A DNA stretch of 64,000 nucleotides, taken from the NCBI GenBank assembly GCA_041654935.1, contig JBAZCM010000001.1, positions 42,516-106,515 of the forward strand, in the 5' to 3' direction. Origin of the DNA: Sphaerochaeta sp. GTDB lineage: Bacteria; Spirochaetota; Spirochaetia; Sphaerochaetales; Sphaerochaetaceae. A model generated the notes under the pieces. It ran no database searches. It saw only the letters and a list, made by a program, of their open reading frames with translations, and had not been told where the DNA came from. The position numbers were made by a program, and so were the translations under genes. Positions 9,196 to 19,688 of the stretch are shown piece after piece (position 1 is the first letter of the stretch; every line of letters starts with the position of its first letter).

Positions 9196-9202
9196 ATTTC
9201 AT

Positions 9203-10438
9203 TTATATAGTCATGTATCGCAGCGGGTTTGTCTGCACAAAACTATGGATACTCTCATCAGAGAAGGGGGAGAGCTCGAACATCCTGTGGTAGGCTGTAT
9301 AGGATTCCACCTTCATGAGATTAACTGAAAAGTCAGTTCCGTAGAGAATCCTGGACTCAAGCAAGGTGCGTACCTCTTCATTCTGACTCTCAAGATAGTT
9401 GAAGAGCTCTAAGTAGAAGTCAGGAATAGAGCCACTGAATGAAACATCTGCGTAGACATTCGGATAGCTTTTCATCAATTCAATAATCTGGTAGAACCAC
9501 GTCGAATCGGGCACTTTGTTTGCTAATCCACTGATGACAGTGATGGGGTTTTTCTGTAACGTGGTATACTGCCATCCAAAATGGGCAAAGTCGATAGCGA
9601 GGAGTGGAAATTGTGCCAGCACCGGTCGCCAGGCATCTGGCTCACTGACACGCCACGCCTCCTTTGCTGGAAGACCCCTGAATCCTTGGTCATCACAGTG
9701 GGTCATGATTGGGATTTTGTTCTCTGTACAGAACTCATAGATAGTGATGACCTTCTTGCGCTCCTCTGGATCGCTGGGCCAAGGATCAAAGCCTAGCGGT
9801 GGATAGAACTTTATGCCATAGAAGCGACGCTTTCCTTTGGCTTTGGCTGTGTCAGTGACAACAAAAGTTTTGAGAATCTCCTGGACAAACGGCAAGGAGT
9901 GCATCGGAGGATTGATGCCGACAAAGGGAAAGAATTCAAAGAATCCATTGGGGCGATGTTTGCCATAGTGAGCAAAGCCCGCCAGCGTATCGTCGATGTA
10001 GGTGAGGATTTTCTCTTCACGAGGAGTGGGATAGTACAGGGGTAGGTCAGTCTGTTTAGGTGAGGAGAAGTCCATCAGCATTGGGGCAAGGGCCATCTTA
10101 TCATAGGTACGTGATCGGAAGTGGAGTTTCCCCTCTCGGATATAGGGTTTTTCAGGGTAGGGGGTATCACTCTCACGGCTTTCAAAGCGGCCCAACAAAT
10201 CGTCCTCCATCATCAGGAGGGTTTGACCTATGGGTTGTTCAAAGGTTGTCAGGGTATTGGTAATACGCGATAGTAGGGTGTGGGAGCGACGGCTCTTTGG
10301 AGTGATGATGTAAGAGGGAAGAAGAGCACCACTGGTAAAGAGTTCGGTGACCCCGCTTTCAATGGAGCCAAAGAAACTGATGAGATTTGGATGTGAGATA
10401 TCCATCAGGTGAAAGTGTTGGTCAAAGAAGTAGTTCAT
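9203..10438 (-). CDS. Amidohydrolase family protein (TIM-barrel metallo-hydrolase), substrate unknown
   Basis: DQHFH, GIKFYPPLGF, THCD, AHFG, YADVS, YGTDF motifs. Confidence 0.8.
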   Translation of the reverse strand: MNYFFDQHFHLMDISHPNLISFFGSIESGVTELFTSGALLPSYIITPKSRRSHTLLSRITNTLTTFEQPIGQTLLMMEDDLLGRFESRESDTPYPEKPYIREGKLHFRSRTYDKMALAPMLMDFSSPKQTDLPLYYPTPREEKILTYIDDTLAGFAHYGKHRPNGFFEFFPFVGINPPMHSLPFVQEILKTFVVTDTAKAKGKRRFYGIKFYPPLGFDPWPSDPEERKKVITIYEFCTENKIPIMTHCDDQGFRGLPAKEAWRVSEPDAWRPVLAQFPLLAIDFAHFGWQYTTLQKNPITVISGLANKVPDSTWFYQIIELMKSYPNVYADVSFSGSIPDFYLELFNYLESQNEEVRTLLESRILYGTDFSVNLMKVESYTAYHRMFELSPFSDESIHSFVQTNPLRYMTI

Positions 10439-10483
10439 GATCCCTCCAAACAAATGGGGGACGCCTGTGCGCCCCCCATACGG

Positions 10484-12181
10484 TCAGATACCCATCTTTT
10501 GTTTCATCCGGGCCCACGAGTCACGCAGTGTGACGGTGCGGTTGAAGACGAGTTTTCCCTCTTCTGCGTGTTTGCTATCCAGGCAGAAGTATCCATTTCT
10601 CACAAACTGTAGGTAGTCACCTACCTTTGCATTGAGAATATGTGGCTCGGCTTTTGCTCCGGTGACAATGACGTGTGATTCACTGTTCAGATCATCGAGG
10701 TAGTTGCCAGTCGCTTCTCCTGGGAATTCGCTGGCAAAGAGTTTGTCGTAGAGGTGAGCCTCTATCTCAACCCCTTCGGTGGCACTGACCCAGTGGCTGG
10801 TACCACGTACACGCCTACCGTCTGCACTTTGGCCTCCTCGGGATTCGGGGTCATAGGTGCAGTGCACAGCTATGATATTGCCTTCCTCATCCTTCTCTAC
10901 GTGCGTAGGGGTGACGTAATAGGCATACTGTAGCCGCACTTCATTTCCAATGTAGAGGCGGTGGTACTTCTTCGGCGGATCTTCCATGAAGTCTTCTGCC
11001 TCGATATAGAGCTCCCGAGTGAAAGGAACCTTGTGGGTGCTACTCTCTGGATCTTCAGGATTATCCTTTGCATCAAAGTACTCGACCTTGCCCTCCGGGT
11101 AGTTGTCGATGATCAACTTGATGGGATCAAGGACGACCATCAGGCGCTGAGCACGCTTGTTCAGATCTTCACGTACACAGAACTCAAGCAACGAGTAGTC
11201 CACGACACTTTCAGCCTTAGCTACGCCAATGCGTCCAACAAAGTCCTTCATTGCCTCAGGTGAGTAGCCGCGACGACGGATACCGCTGATCGTAGGCATC
11301 CGTGGATCATCCCAGCCATCAACTATTCCTTGTTGAACCAAGTTGAGTAGGCGCCGCTTGCTCATCACCATATAGTTGATGTTCAGGCGGGCAAACTCAT
11401 ACTGACGGGGAGCATGCTCGATGCCATCGATCTCGGTGGCCCAATCGTAGGCGGGGCGATGGTCCTCAAACTCCAAGGTGCAGATTGAGTGGGTAATGCC
11501 CTCAATCGCATCGCTGATCGGATGGGTGAAGTCATACATCGGGTAGATACACCAATCATCACCGGTTCTGACGTGGGTAGCGAACTTGATGCGATATAGG
11601 GTAGGGTCTCGCATGTTCATGTTAGGGCTGGCCATATCAATTTTCGCACGTAGGACCATCGAGCCTTCCGGGTGTTTACCTGCTTTCATCTCTTCAAAGA
11701 GAGCAAGACTCTCTTCGATTGGACGGTCTCGATAAGGGCTGTTCTTGCCTGGCTCGGTAAGGGTGCCGCGATATTCACGTAGCTCTTCAGCTGATAGCTC
11801 GTCGACGAAGGCTTTGTCTTCTTTGATGAGACGAACGGCAATTTCGTAAAGTTGCTGATAATAATCACTGGCGTAGTACTCGTGTTCTCCCCAGTCAAAT
11901 CCAAGCCATGTAATATCGGTTTTAATCGATTCGATGTACTCCAGTTCCTCTTTTTCAGGGTTGGTATCATCATAACGAAGGTGACACCGTCCGTTATATT
12001 TGTCTGCTAGACCAAAGTTCAATGCAATGGACTTGATGTGGCCGATATGCAGATACCCATTGGGTTCTGGTGGGAAACGGGTAACGACTAGGTTGTTAGG
12101 GACCCTGCCGGCAGCAAGATCATCTTCTATGATTCTTTCCAGAAAGTTTGACGGGGCCTTGACATCGACTTTTTCGTCCAT
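10484..12181 (-). CDS. glnS: Glutamine--tRNA ligase
   Basis: TRFPPEPNGYLHIGH, MSKR, GWDDPRMPT, FNRTVTLRD. Confidence 0.97.
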   Translation of the reverse strand: MDEKVDVKAPSNFLERIIEDDLAAGRVPNNLVVTRFPPEPNGYLHIGHIKSIALNFGLADKYNGRCHLRYDDTNPEKEELEYIESIKTDITWLGFDWGEHEYYASDYYQQLYEIAVRLIKEDKAFVDELSAEELREYRGTLTEPGKNSPYRDRPIEESLALFEEMKAGKHPEGSMVLRAKIDMASPNMNMRDPTLYRIKFATHVRTGDDWCIYPMYDFTHPISDAIEGITHSICTLEFEDHRPAYDWATEIDGIEHAPRQYEFARLNINYMVMSKRRLLNLVQQGIVDGWDDPRMPTISGIRRRGYSPEAMKDFVGRIGVAKAESVVDYSLLEFCVREDLNKRAQRLMVVLDPIKLIIDNYPEGKVEYFDAKDNPEDPESSTHKVPFTRELYIEAEDFMEDPPKKYHRLYIGNEVRLQYAYYVTPTHVEKDEEGNIIAVHCTYDPESRGGQSADGRRVRGTSHWVSATEGVEIEAHLYDKLFASEFPGEATGNYLDDLNSESHVIVTGAKAEPHILNAKVGDYLQFVRNGYFCLDSKHAEEGKLVFNRTVTLRDSWARMKQKMGI

Positions 12182-12267
12182 CTATTATTCCTGCCTTCTG
12201 CCCTTCCAAAGGGGCGATGATTTGGTTATCCATAGTAGCATACTAGCCCCTCTTGTGCGAGAGCCAA

Positions 12268-12831
12268 CTACTGGTGGCGACGATAGGAAACAGCCTCTAT
12301 TGTTACGATTCCTTCGTTGTTGGATTGATTGCTCATATACCAGCCAAAGCTTACCGAGTGCTTCAACCCGGGAAGTTGGAAAGGGCCCATCCAGTGTCCT
12401 TCATCGGCCTCTGATTCTTGTATTCCTATGAAGACTCCTTCCTCGCGCCGTCTCATAAGCCATGTTCGCGAACCATCGACTTTGGGAAAGGGAATTTCTA
12501 TTCGATTCTTCCATCCCATGATTGAGAGGGTAGTAAAGAGAGTTGTGGATGTCTGACCGATAGCCAGGAATGTGGCGTCGGTATGGTAGAGCACCAAACC
12601 TGCCTCCATATTTTCCGAAGAAGTAACTGAGCATGAAAAATCAAAGTATTCGTCGCTTACAGCGAGCAAAAGAGGTCCGGCTGGAGGTTCGTCGGTATTG
12701 TGAGCCAAAGAAGCTGAAAGGGTGAGTCGAGTCCGTTTTGTAGAGGTCGGTTGGATCTCAAGCCACTGGAAATCGGCCAAGGTGATACGTTTCATGGGCT
12801 CAGTATAGGGGTTTGGAAAAGTTTTATCCAC
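12268..12831 (-). CDS. Hypothetical protein, possibly concanavalin-like beta-sandwich
   Basis: 187-aa ORF with AAGGA RBS; beta-rich pattern with EAGLVLY. Confidence 0.55.
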   Translation of the reverse strand: MDKTFPNPYTEPMKRITLADFQWLEIQPTSTKRTRLTLSASLAHNTDEPPAGPLLLAVSDEYFDFSCSVTSSENMEAGLVLYHTDATFLAIGQTSTTLFTTLSIMGWKNRIEIPFPKVDGSRTWLMRRREEGVFIGIQESEADEGHWMGPFQLPGLKHSVSFGWYMSNQSNNEGIVTIEAVSYRRHQ

Positions 12832-12895
12832 ATCATCCTTTATCGAATGGCGTCCATGGTGTAGGCTATGGATATACTAAGAATAGGAGTGGCAC

Positions 12896-13864
12896 ATGAT
12901 TGGAATCATGGGAGAGGCGTTGATAGATTTCATCTCCAAGGATCGTGACGGGGTGGTGAGTTTTGACTCATTTGTTGGAGGATGTGCCCTCAATGCAGCG
13001 ACCGCCGCTGCTTTGCAGGACTCGCCGGTTGGTTTCATCGGAAAGATCTCCAAGGACATGTTTGGTCAACGAATGCTCGAACATCTAGTGGACAATCGCG
13101 TGATGTTTGACCCTCTTCTTTGTGCCGCTGATGAGCCATCGTTGTTAGCCTTCGCCTCCCTCGACGAAATGGGTAGTGCCAGCTATGCCTTCTATCTTGA
13201 TGGCAGCGCGCCCCTCAGCGTAACAAAAGAAGAGCTGTTGACTGTCATGACAGAACACACCGATCTAAGAGTGGTCCATATCGGCTCATTGGCTTTGACA
13301 CTGGATCCCAGTTCAACAGCAATAATCGCTGCACTCAATGAGTTCGAGCCAAGACCTATCATTTTTCTTGACCCGAACGTCCGTCCCGCAGTAATCGTTG
13401 ACCGAGTTGCATTTGGTAAGCGTATGGATGAGGCAATGGAGATTGCTTCGATCATGAAACTTAGCGATGAGGACCTCTCCTATCTTTACCCCGATTGTGA
13501 TATTCACGCGCAGGCGGCTCTTTTAGCCAAAGAACGTGCTTTACATGTGATCCTGACCCTTGGACGCGGGGGGGCGGTCTGGTACACGCCACAGGGAGAG
13601 TCAGTGGCAATGCCAATCATCGACTTGCCGGTAATCGACACGGTAGGGGCTGGGGACACGTTCAGTGGCTCAATTCTCACCTATTTGCATGATCGTGACT
13701 ACTTTGGCAGTGATGGCAACACCCCACGCATGGGAAATCTCTCGTTGGCTGTCATCGAAGAGGCTTTACGATGGGCGACTGCAGCCAGTGCCATCAATTG
13801 CAATCGGAAAGGATGCGATCCACCTACCAGCGAAGAGATTGCCGCCCTGCTAGCAACCTTATAG
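12896..13864 (+). CDS. PfkB family carbohydrate kinase (fructokinase-like)
   Basis: GEALIDF, GGCALN, DPNVRP, DTVGAGDTF. Confidence 0.92.
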   Translation: MIGIMGEALIDFISKDRDGVVSFDSFVGGCALNAATAAALQDSPVGFIGKISKDMFGQRMLEHLVDNRVMFDPLLCAADEPSLLAFASLDEMGSASYAFYLDGSAPLSVTKEELLTVMTEHTDLRVVHIGSLALTLDPSSTAIIAALNEFEPRPIIFLDPNVRPAVIVDRVAFGKRMDEAMEIASIMKLSDEDLSYLYPDCDIHAQAALLAKERALHVILTLGRGGAVWYTPQGESVAMPIIDLPVIDTVGAGDTFSGSILTYLHDRDYFGSDGNTPRMGNLSLAVIEEALRWATAASAINCNRKGCDPPTSEEIAALLATL

Positions 13865-13901
13865 TTGCCTCTGGGTAAGGTTTCTCAGTAGACTCAAAGA
13901 T

Positions 13902-15185
13902 ATGGTAAAGCGAAAACAAAACCGAGCACTCCGCCTCATTGTCGCAGGGGTACTCTTCTTCGTCTCGCTTGTTATCATCCTCTACCTGGGACGTTGGACT
14001 CGTCTCATAGGAGAGGAGAAACAACGTCGGCAACTCTCTGAAGCCCTGCGAAAGATTGTAGATAACCAAGGGGTAGAGGCAGTCCTTGCCCTCAGTGGAG
14101 TGGAGCTTGCCAACATCTTTCATGGAGAAGAAGGGCTGACAATCCTCACTGGTAATGAGAGCTCCTGGCGCTACGGCTCATCTGAGATGCAGAACATCAC
14201 CCTGTATGAGGCGGTGAGTAAAAGTGTCGTTCACATTACCAGTGCCAGTGAGGCCTCCCTAGGAATGAACATCGACATCCAGGGGGCAGGAAGTGGTATC
14301 ATCCTTTCAACCGATGGGTATATCCTTACCAACGCCCACGTAATCGAAAAAGCTACGACGCTCGAAGTAGGACTGTGGGACGGTAGTATCCATTCAGCTC
14401 GCCTCATTGGATCGGATAGCATTGAAGACCTTGCAGTCATTAAGATTGATGTACCCAAGGCTACCACCTTAATCCCGGTCAAGCTCGGTGACAGTGAGGC
14501 GTTGAAGGTTGGTCAAAAGGTTATTGCCATCGGCAACCCCTTTGGATATGATCGGACGATGACCGTGGGTATCGTCAGCGGACTGAACCGTCCCATTAAG
14601 AGTGCCGAAGGCAAAATCATCATGAATGCCATCCAAACTGATGCCACCATCAACCCAGGCAACAGCGGTGGGCCGCTTCTCAATGGGCAAGGGGAGGTGG
14701 TAGGAATCAATACCTCAATTTACTCGACTACCGGCTCCTCCCAGGGATTGGGCTTTGCCATTCCCATAGCGACTGCTTTAACCGTTGTCCCGGATCTGAT
14801 TACCGCTGGAAAGGTGAGCCGTGGCTGGCTCGACCTGGCAGCGGTGCAGCTCTCTCCCCAATTGGTCTCCTATGCCAAACTCACGGTCGACAAGGGAGTG
14901 CTGGTCAGTCAGGTGGCTGCTGGGGGATATGCAGAGAAAGCTGGTATCAAGGGCGGCACACAAGCTGTCCAATATGGATCTTCGCGCCTCTTTCTCGGCG
15001 GTGATATTATTACCCGGGTGGCAGGTATGGAGATCACCGATCTCAACGATCTGTATCTCGCCCTTCTGCCAACGCGCAGCGGCCAGAAGGTAGAGGTACA
15101 AGTCAACAGAAAAGGTGAGAAGCTAGTCTTCACCGTCCAACTCATAGAACGAACTGCGCAGCATGTAGGCGCATTGGTACGATAA
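13902..15185 (+). CDS. HtrA/DegP-like trypsin serine protease with PDZ domain, membrane-anchored
   Basis: LTNAHV, DLAVIK, QTDATINPGNSGGPL; N-terminal TM helix. Confidence 0.93.
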   Translation: MVKRKQNRALRLIVAGVLFFVSLVIILYLGRWTRLIGEEKQRRQLSEALRKIVDNQGVEAVLALSGVELANIFHGEEGLTILTGNESSWRYGSSEMQNITLYEAVSKSVVHITSASEASLGMNIDIQGAGSGIILSTDGYILTNAHVIEKATTLEVGLWDGSIHSARLIGSDSIEDLAVIKIDVPKATTLIPVKLGDSEALKVGQKVIAIGNPFGYDRTMTVGIVSGLNRPIKSAEGKIIMNAIQTDATINPGNSGGPLLNGQGEVVGINTSIYSTTGSSQGLGFAIPIATALTVVPDLITAGKVSRGWLDLAAVQLSPQLVSYAKLTVDKGVLVSQVAAGGYAEKAGIKGGTQAVQYGSSRLFLGGDIITRVAGMEITDLNDLYLALLPTRSGQKVEVQVNRKGEKLVFTVQLIERTAQHVGALVR

Positions 15186-15186
15186 G

Positions 15187-17256
15187 ATGTCCGATATTAC
15201 AGTAGATTTACGCTGGGGTGGTGAGACCATCACCAACATCCATGGCGATGTCACCTATCAAGAGAGAAAATTCAAAGTCGTCTCCCCCTTTGACCCTTCT
15301 GGAGATCAGCAGCAAGCAATCGATCTTCTCAGTGAAGGAATTAAGGAAGGCGATCGCTACCAGACCCTCAAGGGAGTCACCGGTAGCGGTAAGACCTATA
15401 CCATGGCAAAGATCATCGAACAGGTGCAGCGACCGACTTTGGTACTCAGCCATAACAAAACATTGGCCGCCCAACTGTACCGTGAATTCAAATCATTCTT
15501 TCCCGAGAATGCTGTTGAGTACTTTGTCTCCACGTATGACTATTACCAGCCGGAAGCCTACGTGCCAGGAAAGGACCTCTATATTGAAAAAGATGCTGAC
15601 ATCAATGACGAGATTGATCGATTGCGTCTGAGTGCGACCTTCTCCTTGATGGCACGCCGCGATGTGATAGTCGTGGCAACAGTCTCCTGCATCTTTGGTC
15701 TTGCAAACCCAGTTTCTGTGCAAGAGATGACGTATACTTTCAGACGCAACACTCCATTCAACCACAAGGAGATTCTCGGCCAATTGGTGAGAATGCAGTA
15801 TGAGCGTAATGATGCAGTACTCAAGCGTGGTTGTTTTCGAATGAAAGGTGATACGATTGAAATCTATCCATCCTACCTAGAGAACGCCGTGCGACTGAGT
15901 ATTGACTGGGATGAGATTGCCCAAATTCAATGGTTCGATCCCATCAGTGGGGAAAAACAGGGAATCGTTGACAGCTTCACCCTTTATCCAGCCAAGCAAT
16001 TCGTTATGCCCCCAGAGCAGGTCAAAGATGCGATTAGCCGGATTCAACATGAGATGGAAGAGCAAGTAGAGTTCTTTGAGTCGATGGGCAAGCCCCTGGA
16101 AGCTGAACGGATCAAAACCCGGGTTGAGTATGACCTGGAGATGCTCCAAGAGATTGGATATTGTTCAGGCATCGAGAACTATAGCCGACCACTCTCAAAC
16201 CGTAAGGCAGGAGAACGTCCGGCTGTCCTGCTCGATTATTTCCCTCCAGATTTTGTCACCTTCATTGATGAGTCACACGTCACGATTCCTCAAATTGGGG
16301 CGATGTATGAAGGGGACCGCTCTCGAAAACTCAACTTGGTGAACTATGGATTCCGTCTTCCCTCCGCATTGGACAACCGCCCGCTCAAATATGCTGAGTT
16401 TGTCAATGTCATTGACCAGCGTCTCTATGTCAGCGCAACACCGGGTAAGGTAGAGCTCTCTGAGAGCAATAGGGTGGTGGAGCAACTCATTCGCCCCACG
16501 GGTCTTTTAGATCCCAAAATTGATGTGCGTCCTACCGATGGACAGATGGAGGATCTATATGCAGAGATCAAGCGCACGGTAGCCAAGAAGCGCCGAGTAC
16601 TGGTCACCACCCTCACCAAGAAGATGAGTGAGGACCTGACCGATTACTTTGCTTCACTGGGCTTGAAGGTCAGATACCTGCATAGTGAAATCGAGACTAT
16701 CGAGCGTGTTGAACTATTGCGAGACCTTCGCTTGGGAGTCTTCGATGTCCTGGTGGGTATCAACCTGCTTCGAGAAGGTCTAGATCTGCCTGAAGTCGCC
16801 CTCATAGCTATCCTTGATGCCGATAAGATTGGCTTCTTGCGTTCAACTACGAGCTTGATTCAGATCATTGGACGAGCTGCCCGTAATGCTGAGGGGCGGG
16901 TCATTATGTATGCTGATCGCATGAGCAGCGCCATGGAAGAGGCAATCGGGGAGACCGAACGCCGCCGGGCGATTCAGATGGCCTACAACGAGGAGCATGG
17001 TATCACTCCGACTACTATCATCAAAGCGGTGCAGGATATCATCGAACGGGAGAAAGAGGAGACACGGGAGATCCAGAAGCAAGATCTTGCCATCCTCAAA
17101 GGTGGATATAACCTCTTTGTTGCTAATGACCGTAAGAAGTATATCAAGGCTTTGGAGAAAGAGATGTTCGAAGCTGCCAAGAATCTGGAATTTGAGCGAG
17201 CTGCAATCATCCGTGATGAAATTCAAGCCATCAAGGAAGGAAACTTCATCGGTTGA
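15187..17256 (+). CDS. uvrB: Excinuclease ABC subunit B
   Basis: GVTGSGKT, YDYYQPEAY, DESH, LLREGLDLPEV, C-terminal UVR motif FERAAIIRD. Confidence 0.98.
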   Translation: MSDITVDLRWGGETITNIHGDVTYQERKFKVVSPFDPSGDQQQAIDLLSEGIKEGDRYQTLKGVTGSGKTYTMAKIIEQVQRPTLVLSHNKTLAAQLYREFKSFFPENAVEYFVSTYDYYQPEAYVPGKDLYIEKDADINDEIDRLRLSATFSLMARRDVIVVATVSCIFGLANPVSVQEMTYTFRRNTPFNHKEILGQLVRMQYERNDAVLKRGCFRMKGDTIEIYPSYLENAVRLSIDWDEIAQIQWFDPISGEKQGIVDSFTLYPAKQFVMPPEQVKDAISRIQHEMEEQVEFFESMGKPLEAERIKTRVEYDLEMLQEIGYCSGIENYSRPLSNRKAGERPAVLLDYFPPDFVTFIDESHVTIPQIGAMYEGDRSRKLNLVNYGFRLPSALDNRPLKYAEFVNVIDQRLYVSATPGKVELSESNRVVEQLIRPTGLLDPKIDVRPTDGQMEDLYAEIKRTVAKKRRVLVTTLTKKMSEDLTDYFASLGLKVRYLHSEIETIERVELLRDLRLGVFDVLVGINLLREGLDLPEVALIAILDADKIGFLRSTTSLIQIIGRAARNAEGRVIMYADRMSSAMEEAIGETERRRAIQMAYNEEHGITPTTIIKAVQDIIEREKEETREIQKQDLAILKGGYNLFVANDRKKYIKALEKEMFEAAKNLEFERAAIIRDEIQAIKEGNFIG

Positions 17257-18142
17257 CCAATACCAAGTCCAATGGACCACCTACGATCATCGGTCTTTGA
17301 TACAGCAATCCTCCACTTGGCTTTGTCGGCAAGAGTTGGTGTTCAAGGACGTAGTGGTAAAGCTCATCAGTGGACAGTCTGTTAGAACGGGTAGTCAACT
17401 CTTGTTGCTGACAATCCCATCCCAGTCCCTCCAATAAGGCAGAGGTGAAGTATCCGTGGGCATGATCGGCAAAGAGTGGTTCATAGCTGCTGTGCTCACC
17501 GGTGGTTGCTGTCATGACGAAGACTTCTTTGCTATACCGATCGGAAGTAAAAAACCTTCCATATGCATCGGTGAGATTTTGATGTGTCTTGTTACTGGAA
17601 ATTGATGAGGTTTCACCAGCGACAAAATTACCACTATAACACGAGTCACTGATTAAGAGCACGGGAGAAGGACTTTGAGTCAGCAACGCGAAGAGTTCCT
17701 CGACTCCTAAGAGGGCTGACTCATTGATTTGTCCTTCCTCTCCAATGATAGGCTGACCAACTATTGCTGGGTGCAAGGCCCAGGAGCCGTCTGTCCATCC
17801 GTGCCCACTGTAGGTGATGATAAGAAGATCTGAAGGTGTAAGCCTTTTCATAGTATCATTGAGGATATCTGTGAGCCTTTTTTTGGTAAGAGGATTTCCC
17901 TCATTTTTATCTTTTAGGACAATGCTGTGAAACGGGCGATCGTCATACAGTTGCTCGAATGCCCGACTCAAACAGATGGCGTCATTGGGAGGAGCGCCAA
18001 GCGCTTGTACTCCAGATCCTTCGTAAGAGAGGCCGATAGCGATATGAATTACCGTTCCCGTATCCCTTGGCCATAATTCACAGCCACTGAACACGAAAAA
18101 GAACAGGGAAACTAGAATAATAAAAAGACAGAATTTTCTCAT
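17246..18142 (-). CDS. Caspase-like (peptidase C14) lipoprotein
   Basis: Lipobox FVFSG-C; YSGHG and SDSCYSG catalytic His/Cys; HGYFTSALLEGL. Confidence 0.85.
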   Translation of the reverse strand: MRKFCLFIILVSLFFFVFSGCELWPRDTGTVIHIAIGLSYEGSGVQALGAPPNDAICLSRAFEQLYDDRPFHSIVLKDKNEGNPLTKKRLTDILNDTMKRLTPSDLLIITYSGHGWTDGSWALHPAIVGQPIIGEEGQINESALLGVEELFALLTQSPSPVLLISDSCYSGNFVAGETSSISSNKTHQNLTDAYGRFFTSDRYSKEVFVMTATTGEHSSYEPLFADHAHGYFTSALLEGLGWDCQQQELTTRSNRLSTDELYHYVLEHQLLPTKPSGGLLYQRPMIVGGPLDLVLVNR

Positions 18143-18174
18143 ACCTAAAAAGGGATACTGAAAGTATTATTGCT

Positions 18175-19134
18175 TTAAAAGGTGAAAATTACCATATCCC
18201 TTGCACCGCCGGTAACCATGGGGTGTTGGATAGGATTAGTATTGGTTAGACTGCGTTTATACGGATAGGCTTGATGCTCTTTGATGTACCGTAGCAAGCC
18301 ATCGGTTGTAAGTCTATCGTTTTGAATTGCCGGAGCAGGAGCACTGCCCAGCTTGTCTTGCGAAAAATCCCATCCAAGGCCTTTAAGGAGTGCCTGGGTG
18401 AATACTCCGTAGCTCTTACCATTAAATTCAGCCTCATATGAGTCTGTACCAGCACTAGAGCTCATAACATAGAGAGATCGATCATGTTCAGATGTCTGGG
18501 AAAAGTATTTGGCATACCATTTACTGATTGAATTCTCCAAGAGTGTTGATGAACTCTCCTGTGAATGTGGGATGGCCAGTCCTGTTTCACATGCATCGAG
18601 AATAATGAGCTTGCGTCCTTTCAGGTTGCTGAACAGGTCGAGCAGGGTTTCAGCTTCAATCAGATCATGTATTGGCTTTGTTGCCATACTCTCTTTTAAT
18701 GCAATACCACCGCCTATGGCATGGCCACTGAAGGTGAACAGGATAAGGTCATTGTCGGTGGTGATAGTACGTAAGGCAGTAATTGCAGCTTGCAAGTTTT
18801 CGAGAGTAGGGTATGAGTTTACGGTTGTCGAGCCAATTTCAATATTAATACCATCATCATTCCCAATTTGTAGGAATGAATATCCACTAAATGTAAGGCC
18901 AGCACGTGTAGCAACTTTTTCGAAAGCTATCAATTGAGTTTTAGCATCGTTAATAGTTCCATGAAGTGCTTTTTGGCTGTCACCATGACTACCATCGCCT
19001 TTTTTAACCTGATAATCTAACGCCATAAAAATGGCATAAACCTTGCCCGCGGCTGGCTCTTGCATGAATAGTTCACAAGAGGTAGCGATGAACAAAGTCA
19101 GGAGAGCGATGATGAGGACAAATATCTTTTTCAT
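18175..19134 (-). CDS. Caspase-like (peptidase C14) lipoprotein, paralogue
   Basis: Lipobox FIATS-C; LHGTINDA, FSGHA, LDACETG, GVFTQALLKGL. Confidence 0.85.
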   Translation of the reverse strand: MKKIFVLIIALLTLFIATSCELFMQEPAAGKVYAIFMALDYQVKKGDGSHGDSQKALHGTINDAKTQLIAFEKVATRAGLTFSGYSFLQIGNDDGINIEIGSTTVNSYPTLENLQAAITALRTITTDNDLILFTFSGHAIGGGIALKESMATKPIHDLIEAETLLDLFSNLKGRKLIILDACETGLAIPHSQESSSTLLENSISKWYAKYFSQTSEHDRSLYVMSSSAGTDSYEAEFNGKSYGVFTQALLKGLGWDFSQDKLGSAPAPAIQNDRLTTDGLLRYIKEHQAYPYKRSLTNTNPIQHPMVTGGARDMVIFTF

Positions 19135-19688
19135 CAGTTCTCTCTCCTTTTTGGAAAGAGCTGATACCTCACCGATACCCCGCTTTGTATAGCTGTGATC
19201 TCTTTTCTCAAGTGAATCGTAAGTGGTACCCCAAGGCTTAAGCGGCTACCTGCAGTCTCAACGAGAGTAAACTCAACCCCTACTGAGGTGGAGAAGGAGG
19301 CAAAAGCTTCCTTGATTCTTCGGTAAAAGTTGATCTCAGTACCTGCGGTGGCAAAAAGCGAGAGCGTATCATTAAAGGAATAGGCGAAGCGCAAATCGGC
19401 ACCAAAGGAGTCAAAGCCCCGTGCTTGGTAGAACCCATGAGGAATAGATGGTGTTGTGGCGCGGTATCGTATCGCAAGACTACCTTCGATGGTATTGAAG
19501 CGATACCCGAGTATTTCAGCAGAGATTTCAGCACCTCCAGCCGTTCGCATCGGAATCTCATCTTTGAAGTGGGGAATAGCGAAGTATGGGAAGGCCTGAA
19601 GAGAGAGAGAATAGTACTGTCCACTAGGCTGTGCACCTAGCGGAAGCAGGCAAGTAAGAATGGCCAGGACCGTGATAAATCGCTTCAT
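19134..19688 (-). CDS. Secreted hypothetical protein, possible small outer-membrane beta-barrel
   Basis: Signal peptide ending LPLGA; alternating amphipathic strands; near-terminal VSVRYQLF; TGATG coupling to the caspase gene. Confidence 0.6.
   Translation of the reverse strand: MKRFITVLAILTCLLPLGAQPSGQYYSLSLQAFPYFAIPHFKDEIPMRTAGGAEISAEILGYRFNTIEGSLAIRYRATTPSIPHGFYQARGFDSFGADLRFAYSFNDTLSLFATAGTEINFYRRIKEAFASFSTSVGVEFTLVETAGSRLSLGVPLTIHLRKEITAIQSGVSVRYQLFPKRREN

Noticed and set aside
17246-17256. Convergent 11-nt overlap of uvrB and the caspase gene as a functional link
   Set aside because: Short tail-to-tail overlaps are common in compact genomes and do not imply shared function.
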